DNA of 54,527 nucleotides, filler included, from Ionaspis alba (lineage: Eukaryota): assembly GCA_964255285.1 (NCBI GenBank). It is 3 parts of 3 records of this genome, joined end to end, with 100 filler letters (N's around TTAATTAATTAA, not from the genome) between each part and the next. Parts side by side here need not be neighbours in the genome. Positions count along the whole stretch, not along the records: positions 1 to 18,120 come from CAXUUL010000295.1; 2 more parts are not named here. One strand, given 5' to 3'. Each line of letters begins with the position of its first letter. Within the stretch, counting starts at the first letter, position 1. The position numbers and the translations under genes are program-made. The notes beneath the pieces were generated by a model. The model was given only the letters and a program-made list of their open reading frames with translations, was not told the DNA's origin and did not search any database. This document shows, in pieces, positions 1 through 14,292 of this stretch.

Positions 1-10
1 TCTGCAAAGG

Positions 11-1486
11 ATGGCGGACCCATTGTTCGAGCTTCTCGCTCCGTATTTTGAGGACACGCCATCCCCTCGCCCGGTACCATTTGCCCACGATTCTACGACT
101 ACAAAGTACTTGAACCGCCTTACCACACTATCTTTGGACTCTCTCTATACCACAGAGCCTCAGCGGCTGGCGCATTCGTCACATTCGACTTTGTTAGCAT
201 TACAATCGCTTTCCACCAAATCCAGCAAATCTGTAATCGCTTCTGCCGACCACCTCAAGAATCTACGAACAGCCATACCAGAGCTTAGAAAGGATGCAGA
301 TCACCTTCGAGATGGGATATCAACGTTGGACAAAGCAGCGGTCAGCTTTTCTGAAAAGTACAGTCGAAGTGGAGAGAACGAGGTTCTCGATCGGCGGAAA
401 AAGGCGCTCTTGATGTCGAGGAACGTGGATCGACTGTCTGATATATTGGATTTGCCAACGCTATTGGCGTCCGCTATCAACTCGTCCACTGCACAAGGCG
501 CATCGGGAAATACAAGTTATGCTTCAGCTCTAGATCTTCATTCACACATCAAGCGATTGCATCTCCTTTATAAGGACTCTGAGCTTGTACAGTCCATTTA
601 CAGTCAAGCCGAAGAAGCGATGCGAGGAATGACCGCCAACCTGATCATGTCTCTGAGAGGTCAGAGCCTCAAGCTTGCTGCTGGGATCAGAACCGTTGGC
701 TGGCTGCGTAGAATAGCCCCCGAGCTTACTGATGGGGCCAAGGGTCAGGGAGAGGGCAGCCTCGGCGCTCTCTTCCTCGTGTGTCGTCTTGCCAATCTTG
801 TCTCCATGCTTGAAGCCCTCGAGCCATTGAGAGAACTGGCGGATCAGGAATTACAGAAAAGACTGTCCAAAAACGAGCAGATCACAAATAGCAATGCCTG
901 GTCTGGAGATCAACAGACGGAGAGATATTTGAAGAAATACATTGAGATCTTCAGGGAGCAGAGTTTTGCGATCATCTCTATGTTCAAAAGCATATTCCCC
1001 GCCACAGACAGCGCTAATGCAGAAGACCTTCGAATTCAATTCAAATCTCTCAACCTCAAGAGCGTTCTTCCTGAGCGAACTCCTGCCAAGGAAGACACTC
1101 TCCAAGCACTGCCCTCTGCTCTTGCTACATTTCCTTCGCATCTTGTGGGACTTTTGACAGAGACACTCAAGAAGTATTTGCCGAATGTGCGAAATAAGGC
1201 TTCGAGGGAGAGCTTGCTCACACAGGTCCTGTATTGCGCAGGAAGCTTAGGCCGATTGGGCGGCGACTTCAGCATGATCCTAGCTTCTTTGGATGAGAAC
1301 GAGAGCGATGATAGTGACGACGATGCTGACGCGGAGTGGGTTACGGTAATGAAGAAGCATAGAGAGCTGGCCGGTCGTCTGGAGCAACTCGCAGGTGGCG
1401 GGGGTAGTTCGAGCAAGGTAGCTTCGACAAATATGGCGAACAAGTTGAAGAGCCCGAAAGCTGTAACCCCTAGCCTAGAAGGCTGA
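11..1486 (+). CDS. COG8: Conserved oligomeric Golgi complex subunit 8 (Dor1 family)
   Basis: Intronless 491-aa ORF with Dor1-like motifs LSDILDLPTLL, LKLAAGIRTVGWLRR, YLKKYIEIFREQSFAII and LLTQVLYCAGSLGRLGGDFS. Confidence 0.9.
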   Translation: MADPLFELLAPYFEDTPSPRPVPFAHDSTTTKYLNRLTTLSLDSLYTTEPQRLAHSSHSTLLALQSLSTKSSKSVIASADHLKNLRTAIPELRKDADHLRDGISTLDKAAVSFSEKYSRSGENEVLDRRKKALLMSRNVDRLSDILDLPTLLASAINSSTAQGASGNTSYASALDLHSHIKRLHLLYKDSELVQSIYSQAEEAMRGMTANLIMSLRGQSLKLAAGIRTVGWLRRIAPELTDGAKGQGEGSLGALFLVCRLANLVSMLEALEPLRELADQELQKRLSKNEQITNSNAWSGDQQTERYLKKYIEIFREQSFAIISMFKSIFPATDSANAEDLRIQFKSLNLKSVLPERTPAKEDTLQALPSALATFPSHLVGLLTETLKKYLPNVRNKASRESLLTQVLYCAGSLGRLGGDFSMILASLDENESDDSDDDADAEWVTVMKKHRELAGRLEQLAGGGGSSSKVASTNMANKLKSPKAVTPSLEG

Positions 1487-1536
1487 GATTGGTGGACAAC
1501 ATAAACACTGGAAGCGCACTCCCAGCTCTATATAGC

Positions 1537-2154
1537 TCAATCATCGTCGTGAATAATCACTCCGATCTCCTCGACGACGGCCTGCGGAACCTCCTCTTGT
1601 TCAACGTCCTCTCCTCTGTCGTCTTTGACACCGTTCCTATTCTTTGTACTCCCAGCCTTCTCCCTACCTTTCGTAAGCCCCTCTCCCTCCTTGTCCAAAG
1701 CTTCCTTCTCATCACCCACCGCCTTAGCCCCTTTCTTCGCCTTCATCTTTTCCCTCCTAGCCTTATTCTTCTTCGTCTTCTCTTCATCTCTCCTCTTCCT
1801 CTCCTCCTTAGCCTTTTCAAAGTCCTCGTTCTCCTTCTCTCGCTTCACCTCCTCATCCATCAGTCTCAGCCGCTCATATTCCCTCCTCCGACTCGCTTTG
1901 TAGACATGGAATTCGCCTGAACCAGCTCCTGCACTCGAGCCTTGAACGTTCGCGACGATTTCGGGTGGAGGAGCGAGGTATGGTGTGGATTTGGAGGAGG
2001 TGGAGGGAATGGTAATGTCACGATCTGGTTTCGCGAAAAGGGTGGAGATCTGAGTTGCTTGTTGGCTGCTGGGAGTGAGGGCGAGGCGCTTTGTAGGACG
2101 TTTGGAGCGCGGGTCAGAAGATGTAGGAATTGATTCGGGGATTGGTTCGGACAT
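1537..2154 (-). CDS. PRKRIP1-like (DUF1168) spliceosome-associated protein
   Basis: 205-aa ORF with the signature PPEIVANVQGSSAGAGSGEFHVYKASRRREYERL followed by a K/E-rich coiled coil. Confidence 0.9.
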   Translation of the reverse strand: MSEPIPESIPTSSDPRSKRPTKRLALTPSSQQATQISTLFAKPDRDITIPSTSSKSTPYLAPPPEIVANVQGSSAGAGSGEFHVYKASRRREYERLRLMDEEVKREKENEDFEKAKEERKRRDEEKTKKNKARREKMKAKKGAKAVGDEKEALDKEGEGLTKGREKAGSTKNRNGVKDDRGEDVEQEEVPQAVVEEIGVIIHDDD

Positions 2155-2763
2155 ATTGAAGGGAGTGCTCGAAGGTTGGAATGAGGACGGCGAGATGAGG
2201 CTTTGCGCCGCAAGGAATGAACTGTAGAGACAAAGTCAAGGCTTGGTATGCTCAGTATACCCGAGGTTCGAAGACGGTGAGATATAAGTTCAGTGAATGA
2301 AGCAATCTCAAACGGCGTACGTGATGGTAGGAACGGAGCTATAACGCGCCATGGATCTGGTAGTCTAGTATCTAATGCAAGGCTGCTGCCGATCAGTCAC
2401 TAGCGTTAGCCCGACAGTAGCCAGCAACTTCTTACGCCACACGGCTAATAGAATACAAAGCAAAATTGTTTGGTGAGGCAGCCGCCAGACCACCTACTTA
2501 TTCGGAGTTGTAGCTGGATCCTTACCTGGCTTCCAAGTCTAGCCAGTTACTGTTCATTGCCCTGCACTCTTACATGCATATCCTTTGGATGTGCTAATTC
2601 CCTACTTTCTAGCGCGTCTCACTCATCACCGCCTCGAACTTGTTTATTGAACTTCTATAACAGGAGCTCGATTCAATTTTAGCTCACATCTTCCTTGCCA
2701 CGGCTGTGACGTGCAAATGGGACACCATCTGATTATCTGAAGTCTGTATGTTGCTGAACAGGT

Positions 2764-3750
2764 TTACCATTCTACTGGCTTCTCATTCTGCCAGAACAGA
2801 CCTGTCTGATCACCAATGTCACCAAGAGCCAACATCACTGGCGTCTGAGCTCCTTCATCAACAGTCTTGCTCCCGCCTCCCCTTGTCATGTCAGTCTTTA
2901 CATAACCTGGACAGCAGGCGTTTATCAGGGTCTTTGAGCCCTTCTCCTTGGCTTCCCTCGCGATTGCTTTCGTCATCCCGGTGCAGCCTGCTTTGGATAC
3001 AGCATATGCAGCACTAGGCCATCCTTGCTCCTTCTCATTACCACGGTTGACAGCAGACTTGAAATCCTCCATCAGGGACGTGATCTCGCCGACTGTTTTG
3101 GCTCCAAGGAACTTATTCCGAATGCTATCGGAGTACTTGTTCAACTTTCCGGACATGCTGGAGACATTGACGAGGCGGCCACCGTCTCTGATGAGGGGAA
3201 GGAAATCTTGAGTCGCTTCCAGGGTGCCATAGTAGTTGCACTCGAGGGTTTGCTTGACCACATTTGAATCTACCAGGTATTAGAAGATGTCAAGGAATGC
3301 GTCATTGTGACTTCGTGGAGCTATATGGTATGTATGCTTACCAAACCCAGTCATAGCAATTCCGGCATTATTGATCACAAAGTCAATTCCCTTGGGATGC
3401 TCCTTTTTTAGGAAGTCTGCGAAGACGCGGATGCTGTTGGTTTGAGAGATATCTAGCTGATGATACTTCACATCTGTGGGACCACCGTCTTGAGCTAATG
3501 CTTTGGCTTTTTTCAGTTGACCATCATGATGGAGACTTTGAAGAGCTTCCTCGCCTCTTCCTTTGTCACGAGCTGTAAGATAGATAAGGAAAGGACCATT
3601 ATTGAAAGAGGATTTAGGATATTGAAGCGCAAGATTGCGGACTATTCTGTTTAGTCAGCGTCATTTGGTAGATGGTACATGTGCATTACCGATCGCAAGG
3701 CCGATGCCTTTGTTTGCTCCTGTGACTACAGCAACTCTTGATAGCGACAT
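2764..3750 (-). CDS. Carbonyl reductase-like short-chain dehydrogenase/reductase
   Basis: Three exons (3750-3690, 3641-3342, 3269-2764) joined by GT-AG introns. Contains VTGANKGIG Rossmann motif, INNAG, YAVSK catalytic YxxxK and CCPGYVKTDM. Confidence 0.92.
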
Positions 3751-4310
3751 GACGTGCTATAAGCCTGTAGTATATTGGGGTTTGATGTTCACGAAGTATT
3801 TGAAAGCTTATATATGCCCGAGACCTGGAAGACGTCATCATCCTAGTGAGAAGCGGGCACTAAGGATTCTGATCCAGGTACGACCTGGAGGAGCCGCAAG
3901 CTGAGGGGATCATCAGCAAACCCTGAAAGACAAAAAGGCATATTGCACGGTAGTCACCGATGCTGAGCGTAAGCTTCATTTCTCAGGCTAATATCAATAA
4001 GTGATATGAATTATTCCATCACAAGACATTTCTATCACATCATTCGCGTCAAGCAATATGATACCGAGGTGCCAAGCATGTCAAGCTCGGCTCTCGGCAG
4101 CAGCCGCCAGGGCTGAGGACCCTGGATCCACGTATTTGGTGCTTTGTCTTCTACAATCACGATCCTTGATCACGAACAAACTCGTCTTTCGATTTAATTG
4201 AAGCATAGTGACTTGTTGGTAGTCTTTTGCCTTGACTTGCCACGAGTTTACGGTTCATTACCTATACTACCGCCTTTATATCTAGTCGTTCTTGCTAGAA
4301 AGTGACTAGC

Positions 4311-5453
4311 ATGGCAGCCACCGCCAACCCTGTTGTACCACTGGATATCACAAGAACCGCAGAATACCCAATCGTGCTCAGTGAAAGATTGCTCAAGAAT
4401 ACGCATGAGGCCGAACGTCGATATGCAACAGTACAAGGTATATTCCGCCATTCTCCGATCTCCACCTTACCTGACATAAAATCCTTAGTGAATGGCTCCA
4501 AGAAAATACCCTCTAGTGCGACGACTACTATCTACCCAGCATGGGAGACCGATTCAGATGAGCGTAATCTCATTGTGACAGACGAGAGTGGGCAGAACGA
4601 AGACGTCTATGCTGGAACCCAGCAAGAGCCATCCACCAAATATATCCTCATCTTCGATCCGCAAACCCAGACATTCACCCTGGACAAAGTTGACGCAGAC
4701 TTCAATTTCAATCCTCAGACGCATCTCGATAATGACACCACTGCAACCGCTCACTCTCAGCACCCCCAGCTGGAAAGCCAAGCCCCAATAGTCGGTTCCA
4801 GCGATGAGGATGTCTTTGTCGACCCCAATGATGAACATGACTCTGATGAGCCAGATCCCGACAATGGCTACGACTATCGTCATTACCTGAAACGGCACCG
4901 CACTCCTTCTACCGAACCACTTGAGCAAGAAGATGACTATGGGGAAATAGAAGAAGCAGCTGAAGTCCGCAGTCTCACACCCGACTACCAGCCGCAGCCA
5001 CGTACCAAACGCTCTCACCGCTCCCAACCCGAACAGAACTCCTCCCCTCCCAGAGAAGAAGCCGATGCTGACAACGAAGAATCAGACGATGGCGGCTTGA
5101 CCATCATCGACCCTGGCAAGAAATTACGGCATCGGTACACCGCGGAGTACGACAGTACAGCGGCACCGATATCACTGCGGTCGGCGGCTAGTTCGATCAG
5201 GAAGGCAAACAGTAGTGAGGAGGAAAGTGATGGGGATGTGGATGATATGAAATTGCCGTCGCCGCTTGGGAGGGACGGAAGGTTGCAGCAGGAGGATGTA
5301 GCGGTGGAAGAGGAGGATGACGATGGGGGTTTGGAAGCGGAATTGGAAAGAGAATTGGAGCGGGGTGTCGCGGAGACTTTGGGCCAAGAGATTGGGGAAG
5401 CTAGGGTGGAGAGTTATGCCGTGGAGAGCTCGAGTGAGAGTGAAGAAGAATGA
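4311..5453 (+). CDS. EAF (ELL-associated factor) domain transcription elongation protein
   Basis: N-terminal YPIVLSERL...KYILIFDPQTQTFTLDKVD resembles the EAF domain, followed by an acidic low-complexity tail ending SSSESEEE. Probable 51-nt in-frame intron at 4438-4488 (GTATAT...CTGAC...TTAG). Confidence 0.75.
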   Translation: MAATANPVVPLDITRTAEYPIVLSERLLKNTHEAERRYATVQGIFRHSPISTLPDIKSLVNGSKKIPSSATTTIYPAWETDSDERNLIVTDESGQNEDVYAGTQQEPSTKYILIFDPQTQTFTLDKVDADFNFNPQTHLDNDTTATAHSQHPQLESQAPIVGSSDEDVFVDPNDEHDSDEPDPDNGYDYRHYLKRHRTPSTEPLEQEDDYGEIEEAAEVRSLTPDYQPQPRTKRSHRSQPEQNSSPPREEADADNEESDDGGLTIIDPGKKLRHRYTAEYDSTAAPISLRSAASSIRKANSSEEESDGDVDDMKLPSPLGRDGRLQQEDVAVEEEDDDGGLEAELERELERGVAETLGQEIGEARVESYAVESSSESEEE

Positions 5454-6322
5454 GGTTTTGGTAATCAAGTTGGGCAGCCGGATGTCTGGGGTATCTCGTT
5501 GGATGATACAGGCGTCACGGAGGGATTAGATACCAACGGCGTGGATTGGGCACAAGGAGTCCTGGAGAACTGTTGTATTAGACGTTTCAATCTGTAACTC
5601 GTCCATGATGCTGTCGAAACTTTATCCAGTACTCTTTGAACCAATCGTTCTGCAGAAACCTTCAGTACGCCCTAGCACCTTGATCGGCGCGCAGGCGTAT
5701 TGGGTTTAACCTTCACAAATAAGTGGCGATTGATCTTGTGGATTGAAGCTTATTAGCAAGACTGGCTAAAGAAGCAAATGCTTGCGATCCTATTACCGGA
5801 GTTCGAAGGACTCCTGATTTGGCATTGTGGTGTAGGAGAACATATTGAGTGTCCTAGAAAGTCTGCGGTTCGCCACCTTTTATGATCGTGACGGAACACC
5901 GAACCACAGAAGGACATTATATAGTCTTCTTAGACAGGCAGTACGTAGACATGGCAATACTGCCGGTGTTGCTTCCAGCGGGCTCCAGAATTTGAGATCC
6001 GCGCTGAGCCTCAAGGCTTGGCGGCAAATTAAGGAACAAATCGATCCGGGTGAAGCCACAGTTGTTGTCACCCAAAGACGTATACCTTTCAGGCAACTAT
6101 CAGCTACAAAACTCTCAAAAACCTACCACCTCATCCATCAACAACAAATACCTCCAGGATTCTCTGTGACGAATATTGGTGTTGTAGAGCTCTTTCACCT
6201 CAATCCCGGAATTTGCTTATTGTTGTCCCAAGCTCCAGCTGCGACAAAGCCAGCTTCACTTACAATATTCAGTGCTTCTGCACAACGACTCAAAGGGTCA
6301 ATCAGAGTGAGAAGTAGTCGAG

Positions 6323-7171
6323 ATGACGCTAGCTGAGGAGTTCAGGTCGCGGAACTTCAGTGAGTTTCTGAGAATGGTGGACAGGCTGTTGACTCGGTGC
6401 TGACACGGCGACCTCTAGGTATTTATGGCCAATGGTTAGTGCACCCAACTCCCTCCATACCATCGATTGTCCTTCGTCTCTATATTCCTTCTAGTGGAAC
6501 CCAGCTACGCTACAAGTGCTGCATAGGTTGTGGCCAGGAAGCTTAATTGAGCTTCCCTCAGAGAAGCTTGAATTGCGGTCAATGCATCAAACAGTCCTCG
6601 TTGAGGTGTTGGCACCGAGAGACAGATACTCAAGATGGTTGAATCAAGAACCATCAATACAACGAGAGCTACTTAGGGATATTGTGAATCGCCAGCTGAC
6701 AGCTATATTTTAAGGACTGGAGTGCTCTGCATAGTCCTTTGCATCGCTCTTGGCATTGCCAACCTTTTCAACCTGGGCACACCTCTCCTCATTATATTCA
6801 GTATAATATGCCTGTATAGTCTTGCCACTGCCTTCCCTATCTTCAAAGCCTCACTAACTTATCAACCCAGTATTTCCGGTCTCATCCTCATATTCCTCGA
6901 AATCCCCCTCCTTATGCGCATCTGTCCAACATCTCCACGCTTCGATGAGTTCATGCGCCGCTTCACGACGAATGCCATGCGGGCAGCTATGTATGGCGTT
7001 ATGAGCTTGGTACAATGGCTCAGTATTATTGTCGGGCGCAGCAGTCTCATTGCTGCGGCTGTTGTGCTGATGTTTGCGGCGGTGTTCTATCTGATTGCCG
7101 CTATCAAAGGACAGGAGTTCGCAGGGAGCAAGACCTTGGGTGGACATGGGGTTGCGCAGATGATTGTGTAG
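6323..7171 (+). CDS. TVP18: Golgi apparatus membrane protein Tvp18
   Basis: Exons 6323-6359, 6419-6434 (16-nt micro-exon), 6715-6813 and 6871-7171. They give MTLAEEFRSRNFSIYGQWTGVLCIVLCIALGIANLF...EIPLLMRICPTS...SKTLGGHGVAQMIV. Confidence 0.92.
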
Positions 7172-8403
7172 GGAATTAGGGGGACGAGAGGAAGTGACTT
7201 GGGCAAGACAGGATTGGAGTTCTCAATAGGCCAAGAGTGTGGTGGTTCGAACTTTCTGATGCTGAGGCTATAGCATTGTCACTGCTGTCGGTCGATTACG
7301 CCGTGAGAGGACAGCGTCCAGAGCGATGAGATGTGGTCATGTAATTTTATGGGTTCTGTTCAAGATTTCCTAGCGAAGGAGCGTTTTGCCGGGTTCAAAA
7401 TATGTCATTACTTGCCGTTTCTTCATACGGTGCCGATTATGTCTTTGATAGAGGGGTAAAAGCACTTGGATGGTGCATTCGACGCTCCAGAGCGAATGCG
7501 CACATTATGATCCGACGAATTATATGTCGCCATAGCAGGATCGGGGAGAAAACTAGTGGCGCTGCCGCTCCTGCATGTGCTGCTTCCACGTGAGATGCAA
7601 AAATTGTCAATCGGCGTGCGCCTCATGGAAACTGTCAAGTCGAAGCGGTGGGTTTCTCCCATTTCCCCGGACTTTTGGCCGGGCTCTATGAAGTTTAGAA
7701 GCAGCCTATGACTTAGATGTTCCAATGTTCCGAATATCTCATTGGCATATCGACAGAGCACGAGTTAATGGAGAAAGACTGACATTGGAGTTTCTGATTG
7801 ACTCGCGAACCTGAAAAGCCAATCAAAGCCAATCTCAAAGGCAGGCAGGTTTGTTGTCCGTGACGGCTTCCCGCTACGGAACCTTGCGTGGGATTGGCGC
7901 CGATCGTCACTGTTCCTGCGAACTGGACTTCGAGAATTGACCTTCCTTTAAATCCCCTCCATCCCAGTCAGCCTTCCCTCGTTCAATCTTCTTTGGTGAA
8001 AAGGAGATCATCATCTCAGGACAATCGTTATCTATCTATACTGCAGAGTATACTCAGGTAAGCCTATGTGCCTCCTACTCCACCCCCATCGCCCCCACGC
8101 CATTCCTCCGCAGAGCACGGACCCACTCCATTATTGTCTGCATGCTTGAGCTCTTTTCAAGAACGGAATGGGTAGTAAAAAGAGCGGCACACGGAATTGG
8201 AGCTGTCTCTTACTCCTCTGAATCTGTTCTTGTACACATAAAGGCTCTGACGGCAGGCCCTGCCAAGGAATACGATCATTTGAAATAACGTTGGCCGCGA
8301 GGCCATTTCTCATGCTCATTTGCTACAATTGAGGGTGAACAAAGTTGACTTTTCATAGCAACACTTAGACACTCGCCTTAGAAGCAGCATATAGTTTTTC
8401 AAC

Positions 8404-11400
8404 ATGGCTACACCTCAAGTACCCCCACGACCAGTCCGGGCTCAGCATCAAGCGGCCTCAACAGGAACGAATCCAGATGTCCCAAAAATCCCACCTCGTC
8501 CCATCAATCGACGCCTAGATCGGTCCCAATCTCCCCATAGAGACAGTTTTGCACGATCTCCCTTGAATGAATCGCCTTTCACAATGAACCACAACAGCAT
8601 TAGTGGGAATCTACACAACGGGGATGCCAATGCTTCCAGCTCGAGTCTCAGCCTCCCGCAACGTCCTCCTAGCGTCAGCCTACCATCAATTGGACAGGAG
8701 GGTGATGAATATGCAGGGCTTGCGTACGAGGACGCCGAGGATGCAAGCGACACAACCGGGACTTCTCCAACGCAAACTAGAAACGTCGGCAGCGACCTCC
8801 CCTTGCACGCACCCAAACCGTCTTTGTCGAGTTCAAACGCCAAGGCCCGCATTTCCACAGTCACTCGGACAGACTCATCTCAAGCCGTTGCTGCGGGCAT
8901 CGGAAAAGCCGGAACGCCTTTTCATGGCGACGATAGGGATCCCCATCTTCGATCCCTGAAAGCGAAGGAAAGCTTCAATAGAACGGAATCATCGGCGTCG
9001 ACGGAACGTCCCTCGTCTGCAGCAGCAGATGCAGAGCATGGCATTCCCGAAATCGGACAACGGGTCCCAATGTATCCAAATGCCGGGGATGTCCAAGCTC
9101 CATCTCCATCTCCTTACGCACAAAACTTTCCAGCCGGTATTGGCTTTCACAACGACGGTACACAGAAGCCTGGCCGACACCATGGTCGTACTCGGAGCGG
9201 ACGAGAGAGCTTCCAGGGCCCGCCTGGAAGCTACGGCCTGCATGGTCATGGCGTTGGCAACGTAGATAAGTTCGAAAAGGCCTGGTATGATAAACATCCT
9301 GATGCTCTCCTCCGTGAAGAGTCAGGACAATACGGTCCGGGAATTGGCGGTAATCGTGGAGAGTGGGCATTGAGTAGTGACGACCTCAATAAGATCGTCA
9401 GAGAAACTGCAAGTAGAGGTTCCGGATTCGGTACGTGTGGTTTCAGAAAGCATTTGACCTTGATAGTCTAATCTGTAGCAGGTACCTCTCCGAATATTGT
9501 TGGACTACCAAATGAGCAGATCGGTTACATTGCATCCGAAGAATATACTTCCAGGATGAATTCACCTCGTATTCCAAGTTCAAATTATCACAAGAAAGCG
9601 CACTCGAATCATTCTCAAGGCCACGTCGACTCCCCATTACGAAAAGCAAGCTTTCCAGTAGATGTGACCGGACAGGAGGACTTCAACAACGCAAGAGGCA
9701 CATACCATGGTCTTCGTCGTTCCTCAGAACAAGCCTTAGAAAGCGAGACAGATGACGACGACGTCATACACGTCGACCCGCCTGAAGTCCGTACCAGCAA
9801 GATCACCGGGAATGGATACGATCCTCCAACTGAAGATCTGGGCCCACGCGGTGGAAACACCGAATCTCAAGGCGGCTGGATCGAGGAACGTGGATACGGT
9901 GTCCCGATTCTTGCCTCGGATGAAGTGGCGAAGGAACCTGGAATGGAATATCTCCAGCCCGCTGTCTCACCGGCTCAAGAGCGACGAGGTAGCTCGTACT
10001 ATACGGGCATCGATTCCGAGGTCAATCTTTCGTATCAGAGCGGATACCGCCATGGCAGCGTTTCGGGTAGCGCCAACAGTAGTCGACCAACAAGTCGGCC
10101 TGGCAGTATCCATGGTGCTTTGCCATCCCTAGCAAGGTTCACCTCTCATGATGATCGAGAAGATGTACATACGCCACTCGAGGACGTCGAGGAATACGAG
10201 CCACTGTTTCCTGACGAAGAGACGAAGCACAAAAAGCCAGTGGGACAGGCTGAACGATTTAGACATCGGCCAGATGCCAAAAGAAGGTTTCCTAGTCAGG
10301 ACATCTGGGAGGACACTCCGAACAGCTTGCAGCTGCAAGCCGAAGTCACAACGCCAGAACCGACAGAGGAGCAGTCACCGACAACAGCCAAAAAGCCACC
10401 TGCTGTCTTCGAAAGTCCAGAGACAGAAGCAGCAAGAAAGGGCGAAGCGACTGAAGCAGACAAAGCTCAATTACTCCCCAGAGAGGAACGATTGGCAAAG
10501 TCGAACTTCAAACCCCATCTACGAAATGACCTGCAACGACCAGGAATGAAGCAGAGGTTCCCCAGTCAGGACATCTGGGAAGATACACCTGATAGCTCTC
10601 GTCTCGAAACTACCGTCGGAGAGCACCAAGAAAATGAGCTGAAAAGTCCGGTGGATGAGGGTATGAAGGCTGGAGCAGTCGTGATGACTTCAGGAAGACC
10701 AGATGATGGCAAAATTGCCGGAGATCAAGCACGGGAGGGAGCTACTGCCGGTGCTTCGGCATTCGAGAAACCCACGGTCCCTCCACGACCCACCAAATCG
10801 AAAGCTGGGGATGAGCACTCTGCGCCTCCATCCGTTCCCGCACGTCCTCAACACAGGTTACGTCAAGTTGCACCTGCGAATCAGCCGTCACCTTTATCGA
10901 GAGGCTCTACAGAATCGTCTCCAACAGAAGCAAAACAACCGTCTCCGAGCGAGGCGCGCAAAATGCCACTCCTACCTGATAGACCAAAACCACAAGTCCC
11001 TGCTCGACCCGCTAAGCCTGTTACTCGTGACTCGTCCGAGGGCGTACCGCTCACGAAAATGGATTCAGCGACCTCAACTGGCAGCAATGGTGACACCCCT
11101 GCTTCGAAAGGCGTCACTTCTCCACCACCAGCACCAAAACCAAAACCTGCTCTACCTGCCCGTCCCGCTGGCAACAAAATTGCTTCCCTCAAAGCCGGCT
11201 TCCTCTCCGACCTCGACAAACGACTCCAGCTCGGCCCTCAAGCACCCCCTAAATCACACGAGAAAGCCGCGGAAGAGGAAAAGGAAGAGGAGAAAACCCC
11301 TCTGGCCGATGCTCGTAAGGGTCGGGCCAAAGGCCCAGCTCGCCGCAAACCAGCTGCATCTCCTTCCACTGGCGAGGACACAAAATCTGCCACGCCAGAG

Positions 11401-11633
11401 CTGACGATAGCTATGCCTTGGTCAGTATGGGAGAGCTCACCTGATGGCTCTGGTGTCTCAGTGGCTACTTATCCTCCCCAACCCGCCGGCGTCAAGGACG
11501 ATGTAGCCTCATTTCAACCAGTAGATACCGCTACCCCGCCACTTGCGACCAACACCGCCGGGGAATCCGTCCAATCGCCCGAAGCGCCTGTTTCTCCAGC
11601 CGAAACCATTGTCCCATCGTTAGCCGCTCCCGA
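8404..11633 (+). CDS. AIM21: Aim21-like actin-regulatory proline-rich protein (3' end lost in gap)
   Basis: Two ORFs joined by intron 9431-9481. Has YEPLFPDEE, two copies of RFPSQDIWEDTP, many PxxPxRP SH3-ligand motifs, KIASLKAGFLSDLDKRL and a CPI-like LADARKGRAKGPARRKP. The frame runs into the N gap at 11634. Confidence 0.82.
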
Positions 11634-11733
11634 NNNNNNNNNNNNNNNNNNNNNNNNNNNNNNNNNNNNNNNNNNNNNNNNNNNNNNNNNNNNNNNNNNN
11701 NNNNNNNNNNNNNNNNNNNNNNNNNNNNNNNNN
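11634..11733. other. Assembly gap (100 N)
   Basis: Run of N that truncates the AIM21 C-terminus. Confidence 0.99.
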
Positions 11734-11945
11734 GGGTTGGTGGTTTGTTTTGCGTTGTGTTTTGCATAGCTCACAAAAGTGGGGTTGGTGGTCGTGTTTT
11801 AGCTAGAACGAAAAAACCCGTTTACAAGCTCTCGCCGTGCGCCTGCTTCCTTACTCGTGGTTGTTTCACAAAACATCCGAATTTTGTTTGGCCGTTGACT
11901 TTCTATCGCTTCATGCGTTAGTTTTCTTTCTCTACGTCTGTCTAC

Positions 11946-13879
<1,934 letters not shown>

Positions 13880-14292
13880 TCAGGCGACCGGAGTTTGGCT
13901 CGCGTACAATGGTACAGAGCACTTGCTTGAGATCCTATGTTTGAAAGAGTCCAGCGCGCTTTGTACTCTTTCGAAGCAGCATTCGGAAGGAAAGAGATTC
14001 CGGTGGTACTTGTTCGTGTCGATGCACAGGCGCTAGAGCACAATGCTGGTGCCCATTTAGGTTGGTTATGGTGGAGGTGCAGGTTAAGTGCAGCTTAGGT
14101 GTGAACATTGGAGTACTAATCCTCTTTCTTGATTGGCTGCAACATCCCGTGTGCGGAGTTACCTGTTCTCTAATCACTACCTCTCAAGTATTTCGTTGTA
14201 CAGTCTTGGAGCTTTCCCAAGCCTCTGCTTCTCAGCTCTCGTGATGTTCCGATTTATCCAACATCTTTTAATAATCTAGTTATCGTCCCCAC

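Noticed and set aside
5845..6336. 163-aa ORF upstream of TVP18
   Set aside because: Non-ATG start, no recognisable motifs, and it overlaps the TVP18 promoter, 5' UTR and first exon out of frame.
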